A stretch of 64,000 nucleotides of DNA from Monocercomonoides exilis PA203 (lineage: Eukaryota > Protista > Preaxostyla), in contig LSRY02000028.1 of assembly GCA_001643675.2 (NCBI GenBank), forward strand, positions 248,001 through 312,000, in the 5' to 3' direction. The translations under genes were made by a program, and so were the position numbers. The notes under the pieces were generated by a model that worked only from the letters and a program-made list of their open reading frames with translations, was not told the DNA's origin and did not search any database. Shown piece after piece: positions 25,524 to 37,038 of the stretch (its first letter is position 1; each line of letters opens with the position of its first letter).

Positions 25524-28500
25524 ATGGAACGAATCAAGTTTTCTCTTTTATCAAACTCGAGGAAAAGCGAAAGATGTAGAGATGTTTGGGAGTTTCTAAC
25601 AAACAAATCTGCAAATGACTGTGTGGAAATGCTGAAGTACATGTTTTTCCATACAAATACGGGTAAAAAAATATTTCCCCATATTCAAAAAATATTTAAC
25701 GGTTTGTTATTATTTTTTGTATTTATATTTATATAAGTCAAACTCTTTTTAATTTTTGATTACTGAAGATCGAAATCAATATGTAATTTTGCGATTAGCG
25801 TCTGCGTATAATCGAGAAGAAAATCCACATACAAAAGTGACGCTTTTAAAATGTGTTTGCCAGGAATATGCCCTATCGCAATTGATCGATTTGGGCTTCG
25901 AATGCTCTCATGGAAGCTATTATCACGCAAAGGACAATAGCTCGTACACATCGTTTGATTTTCAAACTCCGAAAAAGGCTGCTCTTCCCCCCTCAAAACG
26001 AAGTTTGATCTAATTCTTTATTGAAAAAAATGTGAAACTGTTCATCTTTAATTTGTTCTTTGTCATATATAAACATTTTTATAGAGATGAGCCCAGAAGA
26101 TGAAAAAGTTTTCACTGATTTCATAAATGAAAATTCAACCGAATCATCGAAATGCATTTGTAAGTTGTCACAACAAAATAACAGTTTGTCTTCTAATTGG
26201 GTTCATTAATTAAAAGTGTTGAAGAATTATCACTTTCAGAATCTTCAATGGAAATAGATGATGATTTTAAAATCATAAACTGCAGTGAAGAAATGGAAGA
26301 AGATGAAGATCCTCTATATGATTATTTCACAGAGAACAACACAAGAAGCGAATATTTGCAGACAACAGAAGAATCAAACAATTCAAAAAACAATGAATTC
26401 ATTCACATGGAGATAGATGATGAAATTTCGCTTTTGGATGTTCAATGTGAAATGGATGAAGAAAGCTGCTTCGAACCGGAAATAAATTTGGATTTATCAG
26501 AATTAGCATCACAAATCAATAATGGAGAAAATATGGAGATTGAAAAAAATGAAGAACTGCATTATTCCAACGAAACCAATGAGAATTCGATAAAGAATAG
26601 TCAAGGCTCAATTTCTTCTTGCAGCTCAATCATCGAATGCTGTTCACAGAATCATCAGCACGCTGCACAAACTGGAACACTGAGAGAAAACAATACTTAT
26701 TGTCCGTTACCAAACATGGGAAACACTTGTTATCTCGCTGCAATGCTACAAGTGTTCCGTTCTATTTATTTGCACTCAGAACGATTTTGTACTCGAAAAG
26801 GAAGGATTTCACACTATTTGCATCGTTTACTGGACATTGTCCAACCTTTGGATTTATCAGTTAACATAAACAATGATAATGTCCCACAATCTTGGTCCTT
26901 GCCTTTTGTGAGATGTTGGGAAAAAAGGCATGGACTGAGAAAGGGTGAACAACAAGAATGTTATGAAACATTTTTTAATATGTACCAGGATCTCATATCA
27001 ATAACACCAGCATTAGCAAACCAAATGAGAACGAACCAATCATTTCCAAGAAAATGTTGTGAATGTGGATCATATGAGGATGGAATTTGTGAATCAACTC
27101 CATTAATTCGACTTCACGGTTCAGATGTCATTTCGGAATTTAATGAATCATTCTCATCAGGTCAAACAAATACAAACAACAGAGAGGCCTTTTGTCTCAG
27201 ATGTCAGAAAAATACAGATCAATATTCAATAATGAATATCCTTCAATTCCCTCATATTTTAACAATCACTCTTGAATCTGATAAATTTGATCAAAAGAAA
27301 ATATACAACATTCCATTGCAAATTTCATTTTTTAAGAATGAAGAAACAATTAAGGCTTTTCCTTTTTATTCAGAAAATATGTACAATTATCGATTGATAG
27401 CAGTCCTGTTTTATCGAGGATCGAAAGATTGCGGACATTTTTATGCAATGTGTAGAAGCAGATGCCCGTCCCCAAAATGTACATCATACAAAGATTGTTG
27501 GTATATTTGTAACGACGGAGAAATATCCTTCATTAATAATGAAATTACAACAGAAACAAACTCTCACATTAACAAAGGTTCAATTCCGTTTATGATTGTT
27601 TACTCTCAGGAGAATCGTGGATGCATTCCTGTTTCCGATATTGCTTCACCAAATTTGTTTCAATTGGGACTATCACATCAAGGAAGTTCTTTTTCGAATA
27701 ATATTTCATCAATGAATCAGAGGAAAACAAATGTTCGTTCGGTTTGCATTAATTGTGATGGTTTATTACAAGATCCTTCTTATTCACTTCATCCTAATAC
27801 GACAAATCCACATCATTCCACTTCACCTTCAATAATATATGATGATGAAATTACTAAGGTTCATTCTTCATCAGAAAATCACCACAAAAAATCGACCTTA
27901 TTTGATTTATCAAATCGACCTTCCGGATGTTCCATCACATCTGAAATAGACACTTCATTTCTTCATTTTTCAAACGAATTTTCTTCTGAATGCAATTATC
28001 AAACGAACTCAAAAGACTGTGAAACTAATAATACTACAATTAATAATCATCTCACTCATAATTCAACCGCATCAACAAAACCAAATGGAAAACAATCTCT
28101 CCTTCCAGAAATGATTTCATCCAGCCATTTGAGTGAAACAAAAAACAGATCAACAAATCCTAATCAATACTTTTCAACACTTCACAATTATCAACATCAA
28201 GATTCACAAAATGCAAACGTCAATAATCCATTCTTTCATGGTTCTCCAAACAATTCTTATTCACATATCAAAAAACAAAAAGTTCGTATCATCAATTCAA
28301 CAAAAGCGCAGCTATTCAGAAAGTTAATGGAAACCACGAATATTAAAATGTCAAAAAGTTCTTTCTACAAAAAGACGAAACACCTTAAAAGGGCTTCCAG
28401 GCGAACTGACTTGTGCAACTTATGTGAAATGTTCAATCATCTGAAGAAAAAAGAAGAATATCTAAAAACAAAATCACAAACATTGAATGATCAAGAGCAA

Positions 28501-29496
28501 CAAACAATAAGACTTATTGAAAAACATCGTTTTCTGGCGTCAAATCAACGTCAACACTTCCATAAAATCAAAAAGAACATTTCATTTTCGGAAGCGTTGG
28601 TTTTGTTCGATTTCAAAGAGAATTGGACGCTTCCTATTTGCAAAAATCAAATAAGCCGAGATTATTACGAAAAAGAGGAAATCACACATTTTTGTGTAAT
28701 TGTTTACATTGTTAACAAGAAAGGAGACAAAGAAAAGCACATTTTTAACTTCTTCTCAAACGCTCTTTCTCACGACTACCGTTTCACCATTGAATGTCTG
28801 AAGCAAGTTTTGGAAAATGAAATCGTTAAAGACAAGCAAACTCTTCATTTTGCATGTGATACAGGGCCACACTTTCGGAATTCCCAGCTTATGCATTTTC
28901 TCCTTTCTGACAACTCTTCTCCCGTCAAAGGCAAACGAACAACTCTTTCCTTTTTTTGTGAAAAACATGGAAAAAGTGAATGTGACGGAGAATTCGGGAA
29001 TCTGACAAACTGTGTGAAAAATAACTTGCCCAATGGACCTTCACTTAATAATATTGATGAACTTATTAAATTTCTGAAAGACCATACAGATGACTCATAT
29101 GATTCCCTCCATAACAACTCGGATAATTATCAAAAGACAACGCGATATTTTGTCAAGTGTGATGCAATTATATAAATTTTGTTTTTATTTTCTTCATTTC
29201 TTTATTAACTCAGACACTCTTCTGGAAATAAAATACGATGGAGGAAAATTGAAGCGAAGTCCATAAAGACGTATTTATACTATGAGAAACGAGGTCATCA
29301 AATTTTCAGATCTGTGTGTTCACCACAAGATTCCCGAGGAAAAGAGTTAATGAACTTCCTTGAAAAAAGCATAAGAGATGAAAGGATGATAAAATCCTCT
29401 AAAAAATATTCTCGCAAAACAGAAATGTTTGAAATAGGGAATGCTACAAGAAAATTATTAAATGATAGGGAAAAATTGGATACAATTTGTTTTTAA
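25524..29496 (+). CDS. Sola2-like DDD transposase containing an inserted ubiquitin-specific protease (peptidase C19) domain; multi-exon
   Basis: Transposase motifs: KSSFYK..RRTDLCNLCE, LVLFDFKEN, QISRDYY, HFACDTGPHFRN, FFCEKHGKSECDGEFG. USP motifs: LPNMGNTCYLAAMLQ (Cys box), GEQQEC, CCEC/CLRC Zn ribbon, GHFYA and WYICNDG (His box). Upstream exons (25524-about 25701, about 25769-26002, about 26085-26159) and a last exon (about 29214-29496) join through GT-AG introns. The junction into the USP ORF is ambiguous. Confidence 0.85.
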
Positions 29497-29656
29497 AGTT
29501 CTGGTCTTTTTGATGAGTAATTTTGTTTTTGTTGAATTTTATATTGAAACGAATGACGTTTTTTGATTCGTCTGCTGCTCAAGCCATTTAGTATTTGCTT
29601 CCAACAAATGCTTTCTGGTACCTCAATTTTCGCTCTTGAGCGAAATAAATGAGGCT

Positions 29657-29739
29657 AGGCTGATTCCGTCCTGGGACTGTGCTGTGACCGGTCCAGCACA
29701 GTCCCTTGAAGGCTTTGGGTCCAGAATCAGCCTCCCAGG
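29657..29739. other. GC-rich nested inverted repeat (stem-loop) downstream of the Sola2-like transposase
   Basis: AGGCTGATTC (29657-29666) pairs with GAATCAGCCT (29724-29733). Inside it, GGGACTGTGCTG (29673-29684) pairs with CAGCACAGTCCC (29694-29705). Confidence 0.7.
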
Positions 29740-30399
29740 GTAGACAATCATTTAATAAATTCGTTTCAATATTGAAATTCTTTTTTTCATTTGTTTTATT
29801 ATTTTCTGTTTTTCAAATGTCGGCATTTGATGTTTTATTTTTATGTATCACATTGCTTTCTATTAAAATTATTTATTTTTCAATTAACTTTTGTTCAGTG
29901 AAAAGATCAAGAAATGTATTATGTTAATATTGAATCATAATTCACAAGTTTTCCACACATTTTCAGAGCAGATTGGATTTGTAATTTAAAGTGCGTAGAA
30001 AAAAAACCAGAACTCTCGTTGATTTAGCTTTGAATTAACGATAATATTTGTATAAACTGAAACTGAGAAGCAAATCATAGAATGATTTATCTATTGACAT
30101 TGATCAAAAGCTAATTCATAAAGTTTGTTTTCATTGCAACAATGAAATATTCTGTTTAAAAAATCAATTGTGAATGATTTATAAATGCAACTGTTGCTTT
30201 TCAACAATTTGCTGTAACGCTTTCTTTTTAGAAAATCGAAATGCCTGTGAAGCGTTTTTGAAGCGCGAAAAAACTCTGACAAAGATTCATAAATATTGCC
30301 TAAATGATGAATTACACTTCAATATAGACCAAAATATTTTTTGGAATTCACTTTTAAATGCAAAGAAGATTTTGAATGCTAAGATGAATTTTTTGTTTA

Positions 30400-33300
30400 T
30401 AAGGAAAGAAGTGAAAATGAACGAAGAAAGGAACGGAGAAAAAAGAATCCAAAAAAAGAACAGAATTCAGAGAGCGAAGGAAAGTCCAAAGATGAGCATC
30501 CAATTGAAAACAAGGCTTTTGAATATTATGTTCAAATCACAGAAAAATCAACGAAAATCTAATAACGAAGTTTGTTATTGACATCATATAGCTTCGATTT
30601 ATCATGAAGCTGATTAAGCTTTATTCATCCTTCTTTCGTTTTTTTGTTTGAGAGCATTTACACAAATATTCATAAAAAGATTTTTCTTTCTTTTTCTTTC
30701 TTTGCATATATGTGATCTGAATTGCTTTTTTTGATGATAAGAATAAATGTTATTTGTATATTATTAATTTCAAGGAAAGTCACTTTATTCCCGTTTTGTG
30801 AGTGATAGTGTTCAACTTCTTTGGAAAGTTCACTTATGACAACTTCAATAATGAAATTTAACGTCTTCTTCTTCTTCTTCTTCTTCGTTGTCTTCTTCAT
30901 CTTCCTCCTTTTCTTCTCCTTCTCCTTCTCTTTCTTCCTCTTCCTCTTCCTCTTCTCCTCCTCCTCTTCTCCTCCTCCTCTTCTCCTCCTCCTCTTCTCC
31001 TCCTCCTCTTCTCCTCCTCCTCTTCTCCTCCTCCTATATTTTCCTCCTCCTCTTCATTCCAAAGAAGAAAACAATCTAATGTTACAGCATCAGCGATACG
31101 ATAACGGTGCAGGCGTCAATCCTTTTTCGTCAAGATTTTCAAATTTTCTCTGTCAGATTGTTAGGAAAGACATTCACAGAGATCGACAACGTGAGATGAG
31201 TGCAATACGATTTGAGAAATTGCTCAGGAGAAATAATGGATGATAAAGAAAGAGAAAAAAAAAAGAAGAAGTCCTCAGAAATCGAGCTACAACACCACGA
31301 GGCAGTGAATGAGATGAGGGCACTGCGGTCGGTGCAAAGCGAACGGAAAAAAAGGCAGAAGGAGAGAAGACGACAAGACAATCGAAGTGGCTTCGTGGAA
31401 GCAAACATAACAAGAAGTGGAAAAAAAGAATCTTGTTGACTAACTGTGGCTGTAGGAGGATGATGGAGAGGAGAAGCTGAAGACCGAAAAGCAGCAGATG
31501 CATGAGAAGAAGGAGATTGATACGAACCTGAAGCATTATATGTATAAACCTATGTTAAGGCACAATATTTTTGCACTTTCCAAAATGAAACTTACGTTAC
31601 ATTTGACTCACTTGTTGTCAATGCTATCGCTAACGATGATATTCTAAGAGGAATAGCGTTTTGAGGAGCAAATGAAAAAGCTGGTATGGAACAACGAAGA
31701 AAAGAGGAGAATGATGATTGAGGAGCACAAACGAGAGATTATGCAGAGAGAGAATAAGGAGAAAGCAAAGAACGCAGAAAAGTCAAATACTTCAAAAATT
31801 ATTGTCACAGTTCATCCTTTTGCAGATGTGTCTCAGAAGTCGCAAACGGTAAAAGCAGCCCACAAGACATATAAGTGAACACCGTTTCTCATCCAACCTC
31901 GCTTCCATCCACTTTTTCAATTTTCAATATCATTAATGAGCAGCCAAGGCAACATCTTTCCTTAAAGGTGAAAAAACCAGTTTGGTCAACAAAATTCAAC
32001 TTGTCAACTTTCAAGAGATAATCTCCCACGTGGACGAGCTTGTGTCCGTTATGAAGCAGTACCTGATACTATTCTATAAAATTTGTGGAACAGGAGAGGG
32101 CAAAGTGGACTGGAGAGTTATAAAAAGTGACAAGGAAGTTGAAGAGGTTCAGGAAAGAGCAGACAGAAAAGAAAAAGGAAAAACTTCATCCGGAGCTGAG
32201 GAAGCTGAATGAAGGAGAAAAGACAGGCGATAAGATGACTGCGAAGTTGAATTAGAAATCGGAGTTAAGGAGACGCATAGAAGAGAAAAAGAGAATTTTG
32301 AAGAAGGAGAACGAGTAGAGCAAAGGGTTTGTTCAGAACGATAAGCTGCCACAGTTTGTGAGCTCCCCGAACAGTAAAACTTCTCAGGCATATCCAATAT
32401 CTTCTTCTTCTCCTTTTTCTTCTGCTGATGCTTCAAATTTGAGGTCATCAAAAACAAACATCTTCAAAAGTTTTCTGTTAATTTGATTGACTTTACAGTT
32501 TTTACGTATTTCTCATTATGACTGGATTTCAAAGGAGATGTGGCAAAGACAGACGAACAGAAATGTGAAATATGCGTGATTGGTTATATTAGCATTTTTT
32601 TGGAGTTGTCAAGTATAATTTTCGAAACTTTTTTTATTTTATATATATGTACTAAAGGATCAGAATATATTTGTTTTTCTTATTAGTAATTTTGTGCTTT
32701 CATGAAACAACTTAAATATTTGTTGTTTTCACTTTTCTTCTTCTTCTTCTTCTTTCTCATCCATGAACTTTTTTGACTCATTTCAGAATATGCAATTTCA
32801 CTATCTCATCTCCTGCGTGACATCTCAGCTATTCAAGCCGCTCTCAACACGCAAATTCGCTTCCTCTGCCCTTCCAACGAAGATACAATTTCACTTCCTT
32901 CTTTTCTCCAAAAATAGAAAACAATAAAATTTTCAACAAACACTTCTTGGCCTTCTGCCACCAAAACTATTCATTTTCCAGGTGCAGATGAGCACACCAC
33001 ATGCACCACTTCCTTCTGTGATGATTCATGGAAACCATTGAAGAAGGGATGAAAGAGAGGCAGGGAGAGAAAGCGAGGAAGAAGAAAGGAGGCTTGAACA
33101 ACCGGTTTGGCAGGATCTGCACTCAATATCATCGTTATTGATGCTTCTGGAGGTGTATCAAGGAAACCATGTGGAGCGGCTTGAAAAGAGAGAGAGAAAG
33201 CGAAAACAGAAAAATTAAAGAAAGAGAAGAGGAAGAGAGAAGAGCAAAAAGATAAGGAATTTTAGGAAATAGCCCAGATGATGGAAAAGAAAAAGATTAG

Positions 33301-33450
33301 CAAGGAAAGCCAGAAGAGAAACATGAGAAAGAAGCGAAAGACAGAAAAGAAGAGAAGGCCAAGGAAGGCACTGAAGAAAAGAAGGAGAAGAAAAAAAAGA
33401 GAGAGTGAGAGATAAAAGAAAAGAAAAAGAAATGTGATCATAAGGAGAAC
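30400..33450. pseudogene. Mosaic of decayed coding-like fragments (cargo)
   Basis: Short charged ORFs (31200-31439, 31672-31878, 31982-32212) with stops and no continuous frame. Confidence 0.25.
30865..31055. repeat. (TTC)n/(CTC)n low-complexity pyrimidine tract
   Basis: Directly visible tandem CTT/CTC units. Confidence 0.8.
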
Positions 33451-34371
33451 TTTATTTTTACTGTTAATGGAGTAAAATTATCTCAAAATGTCTCGCTTTG
33501 AAAAGAACTGTTTGCAATTAATTTATTAGATAAATTGAGAGTCAAATTCAACATTGTTACAATTTTTCTTTTGGACTTAGAAACACAGACAGATTATATT
33601 TTTTAAAAAAACATGATTAACATTTTTAAACTGCGAATCAATAATTACTGTGAAGAATAAAATGCCAGTTTTAAAGAAAAGAAAAAATGAAAACGAGAAA
33701 TATATGGAATTCAATGAAACTTTTATAACAATAACATTCGGTTAAATGAGAGGATTATAAGATTTTAAACAACTGACACTCAAATTATTGCAAAGTTTGA
33801 TACAATAATGGATAGTGTTGCTGCATATTTGAAACAAACAATAAAGTGATTTTGTTTTTCATTTTTGTTCACGATAATACAAAACAGTAACATTTGACAA
33901 AAATTTTCCAAATTGAAATGATTGCATTCTATTGGATAGCGCAACATCATCATAATAGATCATAAACATTCATGTAATATGTACGATCCGTAAAAGTTGT
34001 TTTTCATCAAAAAAGACAAATATCAAACAAGTTACGTTTTTTATAATGGTCATCAAATTATAATCATATAAAAACTATTTGTTTTTATAATTGTTGACTT
34101 GAAAGTTGATGATTGATATTATTCTTGATGCCTGAAAGCATTTTTGATGTTTGAAAACTGTTTTTTCATAATCTTAAACTTACCCCGAAAAAAAGTATGA
34201 TCCCAAAAATAATTACCCATTTTGTCAAGAAACAATATAAATTAATATTGAAAAGAAAATGAAAAATAAAACACTTTAATAAAAAGTGAAATTATCTACT
34301 GACATTTCTGTTTTGTCACTGACAACCACAAGCACAATTTTTCTTTAGTGTAACACATGCTTAGTGGACAG

Positions 34372-34660
34372 AAGTATTATCTCAACAACTGTGATAAAAA
34401 ATTTCAGATATTTTTTCAGTTAAACTTTCAATAAATTCAAATAAAAACTAATTGTTTCAAACGCACATCCAATACACTAATATATTATAAAAATTGTCAT
34501 TTCTTTACTCTATGGAGCAGATTGTTTCTTTTTCGTAAGCAACTTAAATTTGCATAAGAAAAGGGTATAAATGGGTTAATTGTCGAAATGCAACTTTCAA
34601 CGATTATTAAGATAATACTGTTGTTCACAGTTGTTGAAATTGAACCCCTAACACTAACCA
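34372..34660. mobile_element. Right part of a small (about 334 bp) inverted-repeat element whose left TIR (9464-9508) was split by the hAT insertion
   Basis: Rejoining across the TSD gives TAGTTAGTG..TTTCCATAACTGTGGACAGAAGTATTATCTCAACAA. This matches the reverse complement of about 34603-34660 (TGGTTAGTG..TTTCAACAACTGTGAACAACAGTATTATCTTAATAA). Possible TA TSD at 9462-9463 and 34661-34662. Confidence 0.6.
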
Positions 34661-34814
34661 TACACTCTTTCAATGCACATCTGCTTTTCTTTCATATCAA
34701 ATTTGGACATTTGTAATAATAATGATGCATTTCACATTTGGATGAATATTCTTTGGCGAGTGAAGAAAAATCAATGAACATTCATCATCCGAATAAAGCT
34801 GTGATTTCATGAAA

Positions 34815-35178
34815 TACAGATTGTGTAAAAAAATACAGGACAAGATAAATTTCACAATTACATCAAGAGGAATAATTCTGTCAATTCTCCTCAAAATACA
34901 TCTCATTAATACAAACTCATTTGATATACAAAACTTTCAAAAATGCTTCATTTATGCTCAGAGAAAATTATTTTTCAAAATCTCGCAGAAACTCAAAATC
35001 CAATTTCTCCGATTTTTTAAAAATAGTTTTTCTGAGCACAAATGAGGCTATTTTGAAAGTCTCGTGTATCAAATGAGTTTGTATTGATGATATATATTTT
35101 GAGGAAAATTGTCAGAATTTTTCCTCTTGCGGTTATTGTGAAATCGACCTTATGCGGAATTATTTGCACAATCTGTGA
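34815..35178. mobile_element. Diverged foldback/MITE: about 170-bp inverted arms with a short spacer
   Basis: For example AATACAAACTCATTTGATA (about 34907) pairs with TATCAAATGAGTTTGTATT (about 35067), and TGCTCAGAGAAAATTATTTTT pairs with AAAAATAGTTTTTCTGAGCA. Confidence 0.65.
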
Positions 35179-36230
35179 CGTCCATTTGGGGCAAAATATT
35201 TCACTTCATGCATTTTCATTGAAAAATTATGCACTTTTCATTGACTTTCAGAGAACAAAAAATACAATAAAAATTGGTTCATTTTTTGGCATTCGTGAAA
35301 TGTCATAATTCTTTATGTTATGATTTCAACGATGCCTGTTTTCTGATATGAAAATCAAATTTATTTTGAAATCTGAGAAAGAAAAACAAAGTTATGAGTG
35401 AAGCAATTTTTCAAAACCTTGTACAAAAAAAGCTTGAATGTTCATATTTTCCCACATTTGTCAAAAATTATTTGAAATATTTATTTCGTATAAAAACAAA
35501 TGTGTAAAAAAAACTGTAAATTTCAATTTGTATTTTGTTTTCTATTACAAAAGAATTTTTGAATTGTTGCAAGCACATCATTAAGTATTAATTTCCATTT
35601 CTGTGAATTTTCATCTGTGTGAACAGAAATTTAATCAAAGCACACAGCTTTTATTTCCATTTGACAATCTTTTTAAAGAACTATATTAAAACAATTGATA
35701 TTTAACTCAAATGATTCTATTTTTTTTAATTATTTCCTTAGCGAGTGAAGAAAGTTTATTATGAAAATATCAATTGCATTATCTTTTTTTAAAGTTAGTA
35801 TTAATAAAAAGATTTTGTATATTAATATATGCTTATTAATTTGAAGAAGCATTAGCATTTAATATTCAAAAAAGTTAAATGAAAAAAAAATGATTTTGTT
35901 CCCCAATTTATAAGTATTAAATGAATCTCATTTCACTTACTTCATCATGTTATATTATATATGAAAAAAAGGAAAAACAAAAGTTTTTTCAATTCAATAT
36001 TCAAGAACTTAAACAAACATCACAGATGATTGATGTTAATATATGATACAATACTAACAGTTGTTTTCTTTAATAGAATCCAACAAATTGTCTTCAAATA
36101 ACAAGATTTTGAAAATTTGTGAAACAAATAGTTTGACCTGTAACAAAAATATCTAAAGATAAATTATTTTGCACTATATCTTTGAAATCAAATTAATTAT
36201 TTGTTTTTTCACCCTTTGCAAACTCTTAAC

Positions 36231-36958
36231 TCAATCTCCTCCAATAGCTCCATCTGATTTTTCTGTTTTTGTAACAATTCCTTGCTTATCGAATTCTCGT
36301 TGTATAATCCCCAATGTAACATGTACCACTCCACTAGATTCAGTACGTAACATTTTCCTATCATCTCCAGATGCAATTAAACTTTCATTTTTCAATCTTG
36401 GTGTAAGTCCAAGAAATTCCTCTACAATTAAAATATTAGAAATTTGTTGAACTTAACAATCATAAGCAAACTTGCAAATTCTTCTGTTTTTGTTCCAGTT
36501 GGCTTCCAAGTTAATATCTTCAAGTTGTGAGTTCCTGGAGCAAGTGGAACTTGGACGAATCCATATCCCTCTGAAAGTACGAAAAAAAAATAAATAATTA
36601 ACAAAGGAATGTAAAAACAAAATACCTAAATCATAACAACCATATTGATCAATTTTAAACACTTGAACAGCTAAGCGAGGCCATCCAATAACATTGGTCG
36701 TTGTAAAGAACAAATCAACAGGATGAGACCAAACGCACATGTCACTCTATCATTAAAAATAACATACATCAAATAAGCCAAAGTCTTCAACAATAAAGTT
36801 GTACATACAGAAGCATAATCAGTTTGCGTTTGACCTGTTTGCTCTCCTTTGTGCAATTTCCAATGCTCTCCATAAGTGAAAGTAAATTTACAGCAAAGAT
36901 TTTTAGACGAAAATCCCGAAGCTCCAACTATTTCACCAATCACATAAAGCTCAGCCAT
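36231..36958 (-). CDS. B9D2: B9 domain-containing protein 2 (ciliary transition zone); 4 exons
   Basis: MAELYVIGEIVGASGF..LCCKF..GQTQTD, then VWSHPVDL..GWPRL. Last exon RTESSGVVHVTLGII ends at TGA 36231-36233. Confidence 0.9.
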
Positions 36959-37038
36959 GATATTTAAATTTCCTCTTGATCATGTGCCATATAATTATTT
37001 TAAAAAAATCTTAAGAAATTTTAAGTTTTGTTTATCTT

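Larger units (their letters stand above)
17378..34218 (+). mobile_element. Giant (16,841 bp) Sola2-like DNA transposon with cargo
   Basis: TIR GGGTAATTCTTTTTGGGATCATACTTTTT (17378-17406) matches 34190-34218 at 28/29 positions. 4-bp TSD ATTT at 17374-17377 and 34219-34222. Contains a Sola2-type transposase. TIR resembles the GGGTGATT/ATAT-TSD MITEs at 54079 and 60711. Confidence 0.82.
9509..34363 (+). mobile_element. hAT-superfamily DNA transposon, 24,855 bp including a nested Sola2-like element (about 8.0 kb without it)
   Basis: Left TIR TAAACATGTGTTACA (9509-9523). Right TIR TGTAACACATGCTTA (34349-34363), 14/15 match. Perfect 8-bp TSD GTGGACAG at 9501-9508 and 34364-34371. Subterminal (A)CTGACA repeats at both ends. 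hAT transposase starts 275 bp inside the left end. Confidence 0.88.

Noticed and set aside
29651-29743. Hairpin as the right TIR of a smaller Sola element or a Helitron 3' end
   Set aside because: No matching left TIR was found upstream of 25524, there is no CTRR terminus at the expected spacing, and no Rep/helicase is present. Kept only as an unexplained structure.
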